Source: an uncultured Acidobacteriota bacterium
GTDB lineage: Bacteria; Acidobacteriota; Terriglobia; Terriglobales; Acidobacteriaceae
Direction: 5' to 3'
Assembly (NCBI GenBank): GCA_963730015.1
Contig: CAVSPZ010000002.1
Span: forward strand, 138,142-202,141
DNA length: 64,000 nucleotides
Shown here: positions 34,111 to 44,038 of the stretch, piece after piece
Position numbering within the stretch: the stretch's first letter is position 1
How the letters are laid out: each line of letters begins with the position of its first letter
Position numbers and translations under genes: made by a program
The notes under the pieces: generated by a model
Told to the model about the DNA's origin: nothing
The model's database searches: none
The model's input: the letters and a program-made list of their open reading frames with translations, nothing else

Positions 34111-34812
34111 CTAATTCTCTGCCGAGTTCTCCATTGTATGTGCCGAGGCTACAAGTACCTCGGAAGTGATGCCCCAGCTTGTCACCTTGTTCTGGTGGTT
34201 AGGTTTCCACGCCCCGGACGGAAGATAATCCGAGAGTTCGACAGGATGGCAGCCGCCCACGATGCCCGGACTGAACCGCCAAAAGCGTTGCCAGCCCCAA
34301 CAGACGGCACGCGAAAGGGGAGACGCGCCGAACGTCATGCTTACCAGACAAAGCTTGCCTCCGGGCACGAGCACGCGGTGAGCCTCGGACAAGAGTTGAT
34401 GGATGAAGTCGGGAGTCAAAAGATCGAACACGTAGGTGGAAATAAAGCGGTCAAAGCTTCGATCAGGCTCAGGTATGCGAGGGGAACCGTCACTTTGATA
34501 GACACGTGCCCGATCTGACCACGATTTCAGACGCTCCTGCGCGAGCGAAACCATCGTGCTGCTGATGTCCAGCCCAAGGTAGCGAGCATCCGCTGGCAAC
34601 TTGTGCTGTAACAGGCGAGCAGCTAATGCCCCCGTGCCGCACCCGAACTCGAACACGGATTGTGCCGAACCGAAGGCGACATGCGCGATCATTTCATTGA
34701 TCGCGGGATTCTCGTAGAAACCTTGCCAGTCTTGCGCTGAGCCGAGGCGGTCATAGAAACGCTTGGCCTGTTCGGGCGAGAGGTAACGATCCGTTGGCTC
34801 GCGCACGCTCAC
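34111..34812 (-). CDS. class I SAM-dependent methyltransferase
   Basis: VFEFGCGTGALAARLL motif I, plus later motifs. Its 3' ~260 bp are duplicated at 40635-40880. Confidence 0.85.
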   Translation of the reverse strand: MSVREPTDRYLSPEQAKRFYDRLGSAQDWQGFYENPAINEMIAHVAFGSAQSVFEFGCGTGALAARLLQHKLPADARYLGLDISSTMVSLAQERLKSWSDRARVYQSDGSPRIPEPDRSFDRFISTYVFDLLTPDFIHQLLSEAHRVLVPGGKLCLVSMTFGASPLSRAVCWGWQRFWRFSPGIVGGCHPVELSDYLPSGAWKPNHQNKVTSWGITSEVLVASAHTMENSAEN

Positions 34813-34854
34813 ATGCGAATCTTAGCCCATCCGCTTTCAGCAAGCTCTCCGTTA

Positions 34855-35118
34855 CTAGACGCCGGGCTTAGCAAACTGATTGTAGAGCCAAGCAAAGACA
34901 GCGCCAGCGATGAGACCATCCACCGCCCCGTAGAGAGTCCCGACGATGACCTCCGCGATGCTGCGAGTCGCATGGTAGCCGAAGTAGACCGACGCCATTG
35001 TCTGGAGAAATTGCTGACCATAGCCGTTCCAGATCAAGTTCGCCAGACCCATGCCCAGCATCGCCAATCCCCACAGGATTGCGGATGCCACGGCGAGAGC
35101 TTTCACGTTGATTTTCAT
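34855..35118 (-). CDS. small membrane protein
   Basis: 87 aa with three hydrophobic Gly-rich helices. Confidence 0.45.
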   Translation of the reverse strand: MKINVKALAVASAILWGLAMLGMGLANLIWNGYGQQFLQTMASVYFGYHATRSIAEVIVGTLYGAVDGLIAGAVFAWLYNQFAKPGV

Positions 35119-35191
35119 GGCTTGATCCTTTCCCTAATCTTTAAGACTCGAAAGCCACGTCCGAACGGTTGGCTATCGAGGTTGTGGGCAT

Positions 35192-35548
35192 CTAAACGTC
35201 CTTCAGTTGCTCCTCGGTCATCCCAAAATAATGCCCCAGTTCATGTATGAGAGTTTGGCGGATTTGATGTCGGACTTCAGCCTCATTCGAGCAGACCGCC
35301 TCAATGTTTTTCTGGTAAAGCACGATGTGGGCAGGACCGACTGAGAAGTCAAAGACGCTCTTCTGGGTAGCGGGCACGCCGTGAAAGATGCCTAGAAGCA
35401 AACGCCTTTGCTGTCCGAGACGCGGGGATGGTTGGTTCGCCGGAAAATCTTCAACAAGGATCGCGACGTTCTGGATGCGGCTGCGGAACTCTTCCGGCAG
35501 CGAATCCAATGTTTCTTCAGCAACGTTGATGAAGTCTTCGCGCTTCAT
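35192..35548 (-). CDS. zinc metallopeptidase family protein
   Basis: HELGHYFG motif. Size and layout typical of the small MtfA-like/zincin family. Confidence 0.85.
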   Translation of the reverse strand: MKREDFINVAEETLDSLPEEFRSRIQNVAILVEDFPANQPSPRLGQQRRLLLGIFHGVPATQKSVFDFSVGPAHIVLYQKNIEAVCSNEAEVRHQIRQTLIHELGHYFGMTEEQLKDV

Positions 35549-35575
35549 CCTCCACCCACGGAAACAGTGGCACGC

Positions 35576-35749
35576 TCACTCCGAGTAGCCGTCGTCGGTT
35601 TCGTCGCCATGATCGTCATCTTCTTTGCCGTCGTTCTCGTCTTCCTCTTCGTCTTCTTCCTCGTCTGGCTCTTCCCGAAAGAGGACATCGGCAGCTACCG
35701 ACCCATCAGGAGGGTCTGAGTCAGGGCATTCTGGAATTGGTCTGCGCAT
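35576..35749 (-). CDS. 57-aa highly acidic mini-protein
   Basis: Not in the ORF track (<60 aa). MRRPIPECPDSDPPDG...EEPDEEEDEEEDENDGKEDDDHGDETDDGYSE, stop 27 nt before the metallopeptidase ATG. Confidence 0.3.
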   Translation of the reverse strand: MRRPIPECPDSDPPDGSVAADVLFREEPDEEEDEEEDENDGKEDDDHGDETDDGYSE

Positions 35750-35870
35750 GCTCAATGGTACGCCTCGTACGCGTGCCCTTCAGCAACTACAGCGTGCAAT
35801 AATCCCTCGATGGCTTCGATACTGCAAATTCCGACGCGGCATACCATGAGGTAAGTAGAGGGAGGTCAAG

Positions 35871-36194
35871 ATGGCGCAGTCTGAATGCATAAGAATTCGG
35901 ATGAAAGATGGAATGACGGACAAGTTCGTCGAATGGGCGAAGCAGGTGCCGAAGAGAATGGATGAAGTGAAAGCCTCCATGGCGGAACAGGGCGTTCTCG
36001 AACAACACATTTTCCTTGAACGGTCTTCGGATGGCGACTTTATTGTGTTTTATTGGAAAGTGGAAGACCCGGCTAAAGCTAGCGCCACGTTTCGGCAATC
36101 CAAGAGAAAGATAGATTTGGAAATGATCGAAATGATCGAAACGACTTGGGATCGTTCGCAGGTGTACAGACTTGAACTTGTCATAGACCTTTGA
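35871..36194 (+). CDS. hypothetical protein (dimeric alpha-beta-barrel-like)
   Basis: 107-aa ORF. Weak resemblance to the ABM/DUF6176 type. Confidence 0.45.
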   Translation: MAQSECIRIRMKDGMTDKFVEWAKQVPKRMDEVKASMAEQGVLEQHIFLERSSDGDFIVFYWKVEDPAKASATFRQSKRKIDLEMIEMIETTWDRSQVYRLELVIDL

Positions 36195-36268
36195 TCGAAA
36201 TTTCGCTTGGGTGGTGTAACCGGAATGCGGCTCCGCCACTTTATTGCAGGGAAACATGAATCATCGGG

Positions 36269-36775
36269 TTGATGGCTGACCCTTGCGGGAGTGAGCATGT
36301 GACAAATCCCCAACTGACAACTACGCTTGATGCCGCCACGATTCGACCAGCCAGCGACTCTGAAATCGATTGGTGCGCGGAACTGATGGCAAGCAACGAC
36401 CCGTGGCTCACGTACCAGTGCTCAGTTCAGTGGAGCATGAATGTCCTCAGATGGCCGGGAAGCTCTCTGTTTGTCGCAGATACGGGGAAGCCTGTCGGTC
36501 TCATGTTGCTTCATCCCAAGGGATTTCTGGGTTCGCCCTACATCGCCGCTATTGTCGTAGTCGAGGACTTTCGGGGTCGCAGAATCGGCAGCAGGATGTT
36601 GGCTTTTGCCGAGGGAGTCTTCACGGGAAGCCGCCATGCGTATCTTTGCGTCTCGTCATTCAATCCCAGAGCACTCGCGCTTTACGAGCGGCACGGATAT
36701 GTGAAGGTTGGAGAACTGCCTGACTTCATTGCTGAGGGGTACGCTGAATTTCTTTTGTGCAAGCGATTGAGCTAA
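36269..36775 (+). CDS. GNAT family N-acetyltransferase
   Basis: VVVEDFRGRRIGSRMLAFAE acetyl-CoA motif and C-terminal YERHGY. Confidence 0.8.
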   Translation: MMADPCGSEHVTNPQLTTTLDAATIRPASDSEIDWCAELMASNDPWLTYQCSVQWSMNVLRWPGSSLFVADTGKPVGLMLLHPKGFLGSPYIAAIVVVEDFRGRRIGSRMLAFAEGVFTGSRHAYLCVSSFNPRALALYERHGYVKVGELPDFIAEGYAEFLLCKRLS

Positions 36776-36796
36776 GGCATTCTGATAGTCGTTCAA

Positions 36797-37219
36797 TTGA
36801 AGCAATTCACGGTAACCATGGCGAAGACTGCCGTAGATGTCGCGTTAGCGTTTGTTGACCGCATCAACTGCCATGACGTGGGCGGGCTGGTTGCGCTGAT
36901 GACAGAAGACCACTGCTTTGTCGATGGTCTTGGGCAAGTCGTGCATGGCCGGGAAAAAATGGAGAAGGGCTGGCTCGGTTACTTTGCTTGGTTCCCCGAT
37001 TATTCCATCAAAGTGGACGAATCTTTCTCTAACGGGAATGTGGTCGCATTGTTCGGGACTGCTCAGGGCACCTACTCCGTGCATGGGCACATGCCTGCGG
37101 AAAATCATTGGGAAATTCCAGCGGCATGGAAGACCGTGGTTCACGGTGGGCGCGTCTCTGAGTGGCGCGTCTATGCTGATAACGAGCCTGTCTGGAAAAT
37201 TATGGGAGTGAAGCGGTAG
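36797..37219 (+). CDS. SnoaL/NTF2-like protein
   Basis: ALAFVDRINCHDVGGLVALMTEDHCFVD is typical of SnoaL-like folds. Confidence 0.7.
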   Translation: MKQFTVTMAKTAVDVALAFVDRINCHDVGGLVALMTEDHCFVDGLGQVVHGREKMEKGWLGYFAWFPDYSIKVDESFSNGNVVALFGTAQGTYSVHGHMPAENHWEIPAAWKTVVHGGRVSEWRVYADNEPVWKIMGVKR

Positions 37220-37331
37220 ACGAGTCGCAGGACGCACTGGCTGCTGATCCGCCGATAGCCACCAAGTGCGAGGTTCGGAGGAGGATTCATGGCTGAAATT
37301 CGAATACTCCGTTTTCAAGAGAGGCGAATCA

Positions 37332-37631
37332 ATGATAGCTCGAATCTGGCATGGGAAGACCAAGGCAAGCGATGCAGCAGCGTATCTCGAATACCTCTTC
37401 AAGTCCGGCATTCCCGCTTACCGAGCGACGAGCGGTAACAAAGGGGCGTGGGTTCTTCGCCGGATCGACAATGACGTAGCACACTTCATCACGCTTTCCT
37501 TTTGGGAGTCGCGGGAAGCAATTGCCGCGTTTGCGGGTGCCGACATTGAGGTTGCCAAGTACTATCCGGAGGACGAAAAGTACCTGCTCGAATTTGAACC
37601 AGCGGTGACGCACTACGAGTTGTTCCAGTGA
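37332..37631 (+). CDS. antibiotic-biosynthesis-monooxygenase (ABM) domain protein
   Basis: MIARIWHGKT...FITLSFWESREAIAAFAG pattern. Start set at the internal ATG. Confidence 0.7.
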   Translation: MIARIWHGKTKASDAAAYLEYLFKSGIPAYRATSGNKGAWVLRRIDNDVAHFITLSFWESREAIAAFAGADIEVAKYYPEDEKYLLEFEPAVTHYELFQ

Positions 37632-37934
37632 GTGATGCGATCACCTGAAGCCCAGAGATTTGACCCGTTGCCGGTTCGTACCGGATGATTACGACACTTG
37701 GACGTTAACCAAACCATCGCCGAAATCGAGCACCTTGAGCGCATCTTCGCAAAGCCGGACACCCGACCGCTGAGTCCGAGCGATCTCTTGGCTGCGAATC
37801 GAGGACACGATGAGAAGCTCGCTAATAGCCCGTGGTTTCGGCTCTGGCAGCGATATGGCGTTTGTTGCCGAGGCGAGTCCCCTGCAATCCTGTTAGGGGA
37901 AATTGAGAGCTAACGTCCGCAGACTGGTTCTATC

Positions 37935-38939
37935 CTAGTCACCGCTCAATAACTGACTTTCGGGAATCCGGTAAAGTAACCCTTTCTTGTAGTCCGTAAT
38001 CCAGACTGAAGAGAAACCAAAGCGCAGAGAGTCCCCTCCCTTGCCAATCCACTGCTTCAGGACTCTATTCGTGGTCGCCTCAACGCGGGTGAGGGGGACG
38101 TCAAACACGCTGAGCCAAATAGAACCCGCACCATAATCGATGTCCCCACCCGTTCCGGGGATTCCTGCCTGAATGCTGGCGAGAACCTTCCTGCTTTTCT
38201 CATCCACACGTGTGACGGAGCCATCACCTTGGTTCAGTGTCCAGATGGAACCGCCTCCTGCGGTTAGAAACCGAGGTTTCGCCCCGACACGTATCGATTC
38301 CAGCACTTTGCCAGTGTCGGCATCTACGGCGGTGACTACGCCGCTCTCGACTCCGGTGATCCAAACAATGCCATCGCTGAACAATGGATTGTAGGAGCCG
38401 GGCGGAAGTGGAATTTTCTGGCGCACGCTGTTGGTTGGTGGGTCGATCCGATTCAGCGTGCCCGCTTTGTCTGTCACCATCCAAACGCTGTCAGTGCTGG
38501 TTGCGATTCCGCCTTCTTCGCCTGCGGGAGGGATCGGAAGGGTCGCAATCACCTTGCCCTGCTGGGCATCGACCCGAACGAGAGCGGGCTTCTTCCCGCA
38601 TACCGGAACCCAAACACTGCCGAAACCGAATGCGAGACCGGAGCACGCTTCGCCGGGCAGGGCGACTTTCGCGACGATTCTGTTCGTAATGGGATCAATG
38701 TGCTGCACGGAGTAAGGCTTTGTGCCTGCAACCCAAACAGCATCGTCCGTCACGAGCACCCAGTCCGCCGTCCCACCGATCTTGAGAGTGGTGCTGGGCT
38801 TCAACGACGCGAACGGAACCTGAACACCCTTGACGCCGGGTTTCGGAGCATTCGCGGACTGGGCGACGATAGCACCACTCGTCGCAAGCAAGAAGAGCAG
38901 GGTGGGCAGAGCGACATTCAAACGAATTGCGCTCATCAT
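37935..38939 (-). CDS. secreted beta-propeller repeat protein
   Basis: Start at MMSAIRLNVALPTLLFLLATSGAIVAQ (signal peptide). Repeated ..VWV../..IWIT../..VWMVT.. blade motifs. Confidence 0.6.
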   Translation of the reverse strand: MMSAIRLNVALPTLLFLLATSGAIVAQSANAPKPGVKGVQVPFASLKPSTTLKIGGTADWVLVTDDAVWVAGTKPYSVQHIDPITNRIVAKVALPGEACSGLAFGFGSVWVPVCGKKPALVRVDAQQGKVIATLPIPPAGEEGGIATSTDSVWMVTDKAGTLNRIDPPTNSVRQKIPLPPGSYNPLFSDGIVWITGVESGVVTAVDADTGKVLESIRVGAKPRFLTAGGGSIWTLNQGDGSVTRVDEKSRKVLASIQAGIPGTGGDIDYGAGSIWLSVFDVPLTRVEATTNRVLKQWIGKGGDSLRFGFSSVWITDYKKGLLYRIPESQLLSGD

Positions 38940-38955
38940 GGCTCTTTTCTGCCTC

Positions 38956-39216
38956 TCAGTTCGCATACCAGCCCGAATGCAACGACCATCGGGCGCACGA
39001 GAGGCACTGGGTCTCAGTCCACTGGTGCAGGCACGCCGGACAGACGCCTCCGGTGTCGAAGGTGTTCCATCCGAAGCCGCAAGTGCAGAACCATTTGTCT
39101 TCCTTTCGGGGTGACCAAAGGCAGAGCGGACAGCGGATACGTGAGCCTGATGTGTCTCGGTCTCGCTCAACGTCGCGGTCGGGAGTAATCGTCGGAGTGT
39201 CAGTTGTGGGACTCAT
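38956..39216 (-). CDS. small zinc-ribbon protein
   Basis: CPLC...CTC...CPAC...CLSC cysteine pairs. Start set at the internal ATG. Confidence 0.35.
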   Translation of the reverse strand: MSPTTDTPTITPDRDVERDRDTSGSRIRCPLCLWSPRKEDKWFCTCGFGWNTFDTGGVCPACLHQWTETQCLSCARWSLHSGWYAN

Positions 39217-39221
39217 ATTTC

Positions 39222-39548
39222 TTACTGAATTTTCTCTTCTTCGCCGAGGGTGCTTCGGTTCTTCCCGATCACACGTACTTCCTTGCCACGCAGACCTGCG
39301 TACTTGATCGCCATGCCGAGTAGCATGTACTCGTCCTCTTGGTAATCGGCGGCAAAGGCGTCTTGGTGGAGTAACACCAGTTCCGTGTCGTCCGCACATG
39401 CTTTCGCGAAGTCGGAAAGGTTCTTTCTAATCGTAGCGATCAGGCGGGACTCTCGCTGCATCCGTTCGTCATTGGTCATCGTGCTAAGAGAATAGCTGAT
39501 TCTGGCTTTGAGCAAATTCCACAGGTCGGGAGCATTCTTCTTCATCAT
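39222..39548 (-). CDS. hypothetical protein
   Basis: 108-aa ORF coupled to the upstream ORF by a 4-nt overlap. Confidence 0.4.
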   Translation of the reverse strand: MMKKNAPDLWNLLKARISYSLSTMTNDERMQRESRLIATIRKNLSDFAKACADDTELVLLHQDAFAADYQEDEYMLLGMAIKYAGLRGKEVRVIGKNRSTLGEEEKIQ

Positions 39549-39919
39549 TCGCTACGTGATTGATCCGACTGCTCACGGGGTACACTCCCTTCCGAGTGCC
39601 CCTCTCCTCTCCTGCGGGCAAAAGTGACGCTTCTCAGGAGCTTGCCTTTGTGTCGGGAGATGATGGCGAAATCCTTGGGATTGCGGTGGGCACAGTCTGG
39701 GAGCGAGAAAGGAACGACAGTTCCATTTTGCCCGAGATGCAGCGCCATCAACTCTGAGCAGCGGCTGCACAGCCAGAAGTATTCCACTCTACCTTGGCTG
39801 CTGGCATAAGGGTTGACGGAAGGGGTCAATTCGGGGTCATCTTCCAGCCGAAAAAGTCTTCCTTCTTGCAGATAGTGGAACGATGCGGAACATGACGGGT
39901 TGGCACACTTCGCCAGCAT
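39545..39919 (-). CDS. Cys-rich hypothetical protein
   Basis: MLAKCANPSCSASFHYLQEGRLFRLE...CSRC. The long ORF was shortened because it overlapped the bacterioferritin gene. Confidence 0.4.
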   Translation of the reverse strand: MLAKCANPSCSASFHYLQEGRLFRLEDDPELTPSVNPYASSQGRVEYFWLCSRCSELMALHLGQNGTVVPFSLPDCAHRNPKDFAIISRHKGKLLRSVTFARRRGEGHSEGSVPREQSDQSRSE

Positions 39920-40049
39920 ACAAAACCCATCACACTTTCTATCTATGCCTATATTCTCTTGCCACGGCGAAAGTAGTTCAGTGACCTGAGTCACGCCAGC
40001 GTGACGGTTGAACCCCATGAGATCGAGGACGACAGGGTGTCCTCCGGAA

Positions 40050-40526
40050 CTACTTCTCACCGTGCAACTGTTGCCCGAGGTAGGCGCCAATGCCCATCTC
40101 CTTGATGGAATGAAGCTGAGCGTCCAAGAAGTCCGCGTGCCCTTCTTCGTCCTTGAGCATGCGCTGAAACAAGTCGCCTGATCCGTTGTCCAGAGCTTCG
40201 GCACAGATGCCTATAGCGGAGTTGTACTGGCGCACGGCACCTTCTTCGTCCTTGAGGTCGCCTTCGAGTTGCTGTTGCACGTTAGCGCCAATCTTCGGAG
40301 TGAGAGCGACATTCACCTTTGGTGTGGCATTCAAGAACACGATGCGTTCGATGAGACCTTCGGCGTGACCCATTTCCTCGATTGCGCGTCTCTTCAGGAA
40401 GTCGCCTAGCCGCACGTAGCCCCAGTTTTGGCAAGTCTCGGATTGAACCATGTACTGAACGATTGCGGTCAATTCGGAAGCGAGAGCCGCGTTCAATTGC
40501 TCGATTACCTTTTGGTCGCCGTGCAT
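40050..40526 (-). CDS. bfr: bacterioferritin
   Basis: MHGDQKVIEQLNAALASELTAIVQYM, EEMGHAE, and 158-aa length. Confidence 0.9.
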   Translation of the reverse strand: MHGDQKVIEQLNAALASELTAIVQYMVQSETCQNWGYVRLGDFLKRRAIEEMGHAEGLIERIVFLNATPKVNVALTPKIGANVQQQLEGDLKDEEGAVRQYNSAIGICAEALDNGSGDLFQRMLKDEEGHADFLDAQLHSIKEMGIGAYLGQQLHGEK

Positions 40527-40634
40527 AGTATTTGCCCTCCGTCCTTCCCATTGTGCGATCTGGACAAAAGGGAGGCTGTGATGCAGAGCACAGGGGCTTA
40601 GGAGTAGGCTGATGCGTCGGACGACCTCCTTACT

Positions 40635-40880
40635 ACCTCGCGGAGGCTACGAGAACTTCCGAACTGATGCCCCAACTTGTCACCTTGTTCTGGTGGTTAG
40701 GTTTCCACGCCCCGGACGGAAGATAATCCGAGAGTTCGATAGGATGGCAGCCGCCCACGATGCCCGGACTGAACCGCCAAAAGCGTTGCCAGCCCCAACA
40801 GACGGCACGCGAAAGGGGAGACGCGCCGAACGTCATGCTTACCAGACAAAGCTTGCCTCCGGGCACGAGCACGCGGTGAT
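40635..40880 (-). pseudogene. duplicated 3' fragment of the 34111..34812 methyltransferase gene
   Basis: Nearly identical by eye to 34145-34390. Encodes ..VLVPGGKLCLVSMTFGASPLSRAVCWGWQRFWRFSPGIVGGCHP.. without the N-terminal SAM-binding part. Confidence 0.6.
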
Positions 40881-41046
40881 CCTGCAATTTCATTATCATG
40901 ATTCGATCCCGTGGTACATCTGGATGCTTGCGCTGATCGCTCAGTGTGTCGCGTTCGGCGAACCGGCGATGCGGTCTGCCGCTTGGAAGAAGAACTGAAT
41001 GTGCGAAGGTGTGGCGCTGTGCGGATCAAGCTATCAAGGCGTTGAA

Positions 41047-41454
41047 ATGGGAACTCCCGCGTCCAGAATCGCTATTACCGGACTACTCCTTCTCATCGCA
41101 CTCCTGTCTGGCGTCTGGTTGAGTCGAAATCTCAGGCTAAACGACCCAAGGCCCTCCGGGAAGCCACTCACGGGGGCTGACTCCGCTATCCATAAACTCT
41201 CCGCGCTTGCGATGGGGATTATCGCAGGGGTGACCATTCGCAACCTGCACAGAGGTATCGAGTTCAGAAGCATCGAATTAACTGCCGTCATCGTCGCCGG
41301 ATTACTTTTTGTGCTTATGGTCGTTTCTGGCAGTTTGTTGAGCCTCGGCAAGGCAAGAAACGACTGGATGCTGGCCCTTCATAAGGCAGGCTCGCTTCTG
41401 ACAGTCATTGCCACATCTGGTGCTATTTACCTTTTGAGACGTGGCAGGTGGTAA
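41047..41454 (+). CDS. membrane protein
   Basis: Four hydrophobic helices. Start set at MGTPASRIAITGLLLL. Confidence 0.45.
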   Translation: MGTPASRIAITGLLLLIALLSGVWLSRNLRLNDPRPSGKPLTGADSAIHKLSALAMGIIAGVTIRNLHRGIEFRSIELTAVIVAGLLFVLMVVSGSLLSLGKARNDWMLALHKAGSLLTVIATSGAIYLLRRGRW

Positions 41455-41476
41455 ACAGTCGTGGAGGGCCGACCTT

Positions 41477-42445
41477 ATGCGCGTGCTTGTAGTCGGTGCT
41501 GGAATCATTGGCTCAATCTACGGCTGGGCGCTCGCCGAAAGCGGGCATCACGTCGTGCACCTTGTGCGGTCTGGCCGGGCTGCCGCTTTGGGCGGCGGTC
41601 TGAAGCTCGATGTCTTTGACCGACGCAAAGGGCACAAACGGAATTTCCGTGGGCTGTACAAACTTGAAGCGGTGGAAACGCTGCTGCCAGACGCGTCCTT
41701 CGAGTTGGTCATCGTACCTGTGAAGCACTATGCGCTGCTGCAAACCCTCAAGGAAATCGTCCCGCGATTGGGGGATGCAGAGTTCTTGTTTCTGACACAG
41801 AACTGGCGTGGAACCGAGGAGATCGACGCCTTCCTTCCGCGTCCACGCTACATATATGGGGACGCGAAGGCAGGCGGAATGTTTTCTGGAAGCACGCTGG
41901 TTGCGGCACTGAAGGCGATAGACATAGGATCACCGGAAGGCGAACCAACGGCACTTGCGAAAAAAGCTGCCGACCTATTCGCCTCAGCGGGCATACAAAC
42001 CAGACTTCATTCGAACATGCTGCACTACCTGTGGGTTCAATATGCGATGACCGCAGGTCCGTGGGCAGCACTCGTTCACGCCGGAAGCTTTGAGGCGATG
42101 CTGAATAACACAGATGCGTCCTCAGCAGCACTGAAAGCCGGGTGCGAATGCCTGCAAGTGGTACAGCGGCGAGGAATTGACCTCTCGCGTTACCCAGAAA
42201 CAAGTCCATTTCTGACGAATTCCGCCCTGCGCGGACGAATCAATGTCTGGTTCATGCGAAGAATGTTTCGCCACGATGAGTACACCAAGCGATGCTCTGC
42301 TCACGCCCTCGGTGACCCGGTTGAGATCAAGACGTTCTATGATGACCTTATTGCCGCTGGACATGATCTTGGCGTTTCGATGCCCGTGATGGAGAGCTAT
42401 GCGGAACCCATCAGGCGGTTTTGGGAAAACAGCGTAGCGATTTAA
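41477..42445 (+). CDS. 2-dehydropantoate 2-reductase (ApbA/PanE) family oxidoreductase
   Basis: MRVLVVGAGIIGSIYG Rossmann start and ApbA-type layout. Confidence 0.8.
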   Translation: MRVLVVGAGIIGSIYGWALAESGHHVVHLVRSGRAAALGGGLKLDVFDRRKGHKRNFRGLYKLEAVETLLPDASFELVIVPVKHYALLQTLKEIVPRLGDAEFLFLTQNWRGTEEIDAFLPRPRYIYGDAKAGGMFSGSTLVAALKAIDIGSPEGEPTALAKKAADLFASAGIQTRLHSNMLHYLWVQYAMTAGPWAALVHAGSFEAMLNNTDASSAALKAGCECLQVVQRRGIDLSRYPETSPFLTNSALRGRINVWFMRRMFRHDEYTKRCSAHALGDPVEIKTFYDDLIAAGHDLGVSMPVMESYAEPIRRFWENSVAI

Positions 42446-42894
42446 TTCGCGGATGGAGTCTCTCCGGCGCTCAGCGAAAAGTGCTGCACAATCTTCCACT
42501 CCCCGCCGATCTTCTCCATGACAATCAGGTATTGTCCCAGATGAACGACGGAGCCAACAAGCCTTCTCGTTCGCCCAGTTCCGTAGGCGAGCGTTCCAGA
42601 ACTCTTCTCAACGATCGGCTCGATTGCTTCCAGCCTGCTTCCTCGATCCAGTCCCGACTTGACCCAGTTCCGAATCTCGTCCCGTCCTTTGAAAGTACCG
42701 CCATCACTTACCAGCGTGGCGTCTTCGGCGTACAGTGCCACAACCTCATCTGCGTCCTTCGCGTTGTACGCTCTGAGGAATTCCTGCCTTACCTGCGCTC
42801 CCGGTTCGGCGCTGGACAGCGGTTTCATCCCCGGCTGCAGCGCCCACATGTTCAGGCTGGAAATCAATAATAGCGGTGCTATGAGGCTCCTCAC
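42442..42894 (-). CDS. secreted SnoaL/DUF4440-like protein
   Basis: GTG start after a GGAGGGA SD. Signal-like RSLIAPLLLISSLNMWA. FLRAYNAKDADEVVALYAEDATLV is NTF2-like. Confidence 0.55.
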   Translation of the reverse strand: MRSLIAPLLLISSLNMWALQPGMKPLSSAEPGAQVRQEFLRAYNAKDADEVVALYAEDATLVSDGGTFKGRDEIRNWVKSGLDRGSRLEAIEPIVEKSSGTLAYGTGRTRRLVGSVVHLGQYLIVMEKIGGEWKIVQHFSLSAGETPSAN

Positions 42895-43179
42895 GTTCTC
42901 CCTCCAAATGCCGCCGTTCTCGATTTTATTTCGCAGGGTTCGACATTGGCGAAGTTCTTCTGTAATCCTCCTGTAACACACGCGAGCTAACCTCGAAAGG
43001 CGAGGCGCTCATGTCGTGGTGGTTTGACTTAGCGGTCTTGGCTATAGTCGTCCTCATGCTGGTGGTTATGCCGTGGAAGCGCCCACACCCGAACCACATT
43101 TTCGCGCTGGACATGCTTACGCTTCTCGCCGATGAGGACTCCGCGCCCCACTCGGGACTTTCTGGCAACCCCGGCTTGA

Positions 43180-43452
43180 GTGAACCGCATAAGCAAACTG
43201 AGGGGAGCCACTGATGAGAGTGCTACTCGCAGATTATGGACTGAAGAGAGGGGTCAGGACATCGCCGGGTACGCGGTGATGCTGGCGGTAATCCTAGTGC
43301 TCGTCGTCGGCACGGTTCGGCTCGTCGGCTCGAATGCCAACAACGCCTTCTCTAGCGTGGCGAGCGCGGCTGCAAGGCACCAAGCAGCGTCTGGTCGCAT
43401 GAGCGACATGCGTACCGAAAACAACCCACGCTGCTTTGCCCAACCCGCATAA
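43180..43452 (+). CDS. Flp/Fap-type pilin-like protein
   Basis: EERGQDIAGYAVMLAVILVLVVGTVRLVGSNANNAFSSV matches the Flp prepilin core. Unusually long C-terminal tail. Overlaps antisense ORF 43254..43727. Confidence 0.4.
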   Translation: MNRISKLRGATDESATRRLWTEERGQDIAGYAVMLAVILVLVVGTVRLVGSNANNAFSSVASAAARHQAASGRMSDMRTENNPRCFAQPA

Positions 43453-43857
43453 CCCCAGACCAGCAGTGAGCGGGCGGCGATGATGAAAACGAACATCTCC
43501 GCGACGGTCATCGCCCGCATTGACTTGAACGCGAAAGTGTAATGTCCCTCAAGCAGGTATGGAATCACCCCCGAAACCAGATCAGGCGCAGGGAGCGCAA
43601 CGAGGAAAAAGAAGAATCCGCCCAGCAAGGCATAGAGAGGACGGTGATGCATTGTGCTGTAAGGAGCCGATTGAGCAACGGTCGCCATAGACTCTCCGTT
43701 TCTGAATCCACCTGCGGCTGAGTCCAAGCATATTGGCGTCGGAAGAGCGATGCTGTGACTTAAAGCACAAGAATGAGCCTGCTCCTGCTCACTGAATTGC
43801 TCTTGCCGCTGTGCTAGGGTTTCCCTTCGGCCGCAAGAAGTGTGTCAGGAGGGATTT

Positions 43858-44010
43858 ATGTTGGGAGGCTTGCTCCTCGTGGTGTGTGTCATCCTGCAAT
43901 TTCATTATCATGACCCGATTCCGTGGTACATCTGGGTGCTTGCGCTGATCGCACAGTGTGTTGCATTCGGCGAACCAGCGATGCGATCTGCTGTTTCGAA
44001 GAAGAACTGA
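43858..44010 (+). CDS. 50-aa membrane mini-protein
   Basis: Not in the ORF track. CAGGAGGG then ATG. MLGGLLLVVCVILQFHYHDPIPWYIWVLALIAQCVAFGEPAMRSAVSKKN. A 5'-truncated second copy lies at 40878-41000. Confidence 0.4.
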   Translation: MLGGLLLVVCVILQFHYHDPIPWYIWVLALIAQCVAFGEPAMRSAVSKKN

Positions 44011-44038
44011 ATTTAGACCGGTTGTTCGCAAGTGCGTT

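Noticed and set aside
37935-39170. 411-aa version of the beta-propeller ORF, and likewise the long versions of 38956..39399 and 39545..40204.
   Set aside because: The N-terminal extensions are Arg/Ser/Pro-rich and overlap neighbouring genes, including bacterioferritin. Internal ATGs give a proper signal peptide or a compact Cys-rich protein.
43254-43727. 157-aa minus-strand membrane-like ORF overlapping the Flp-like ORF.
   Set aside because: The two cannot both be fully real. Its N-terminal part (43450-43690) may be coding, but its C-terminal third is antisense to the recognisable Flp core. Left unresolved, and not listed as a feature.
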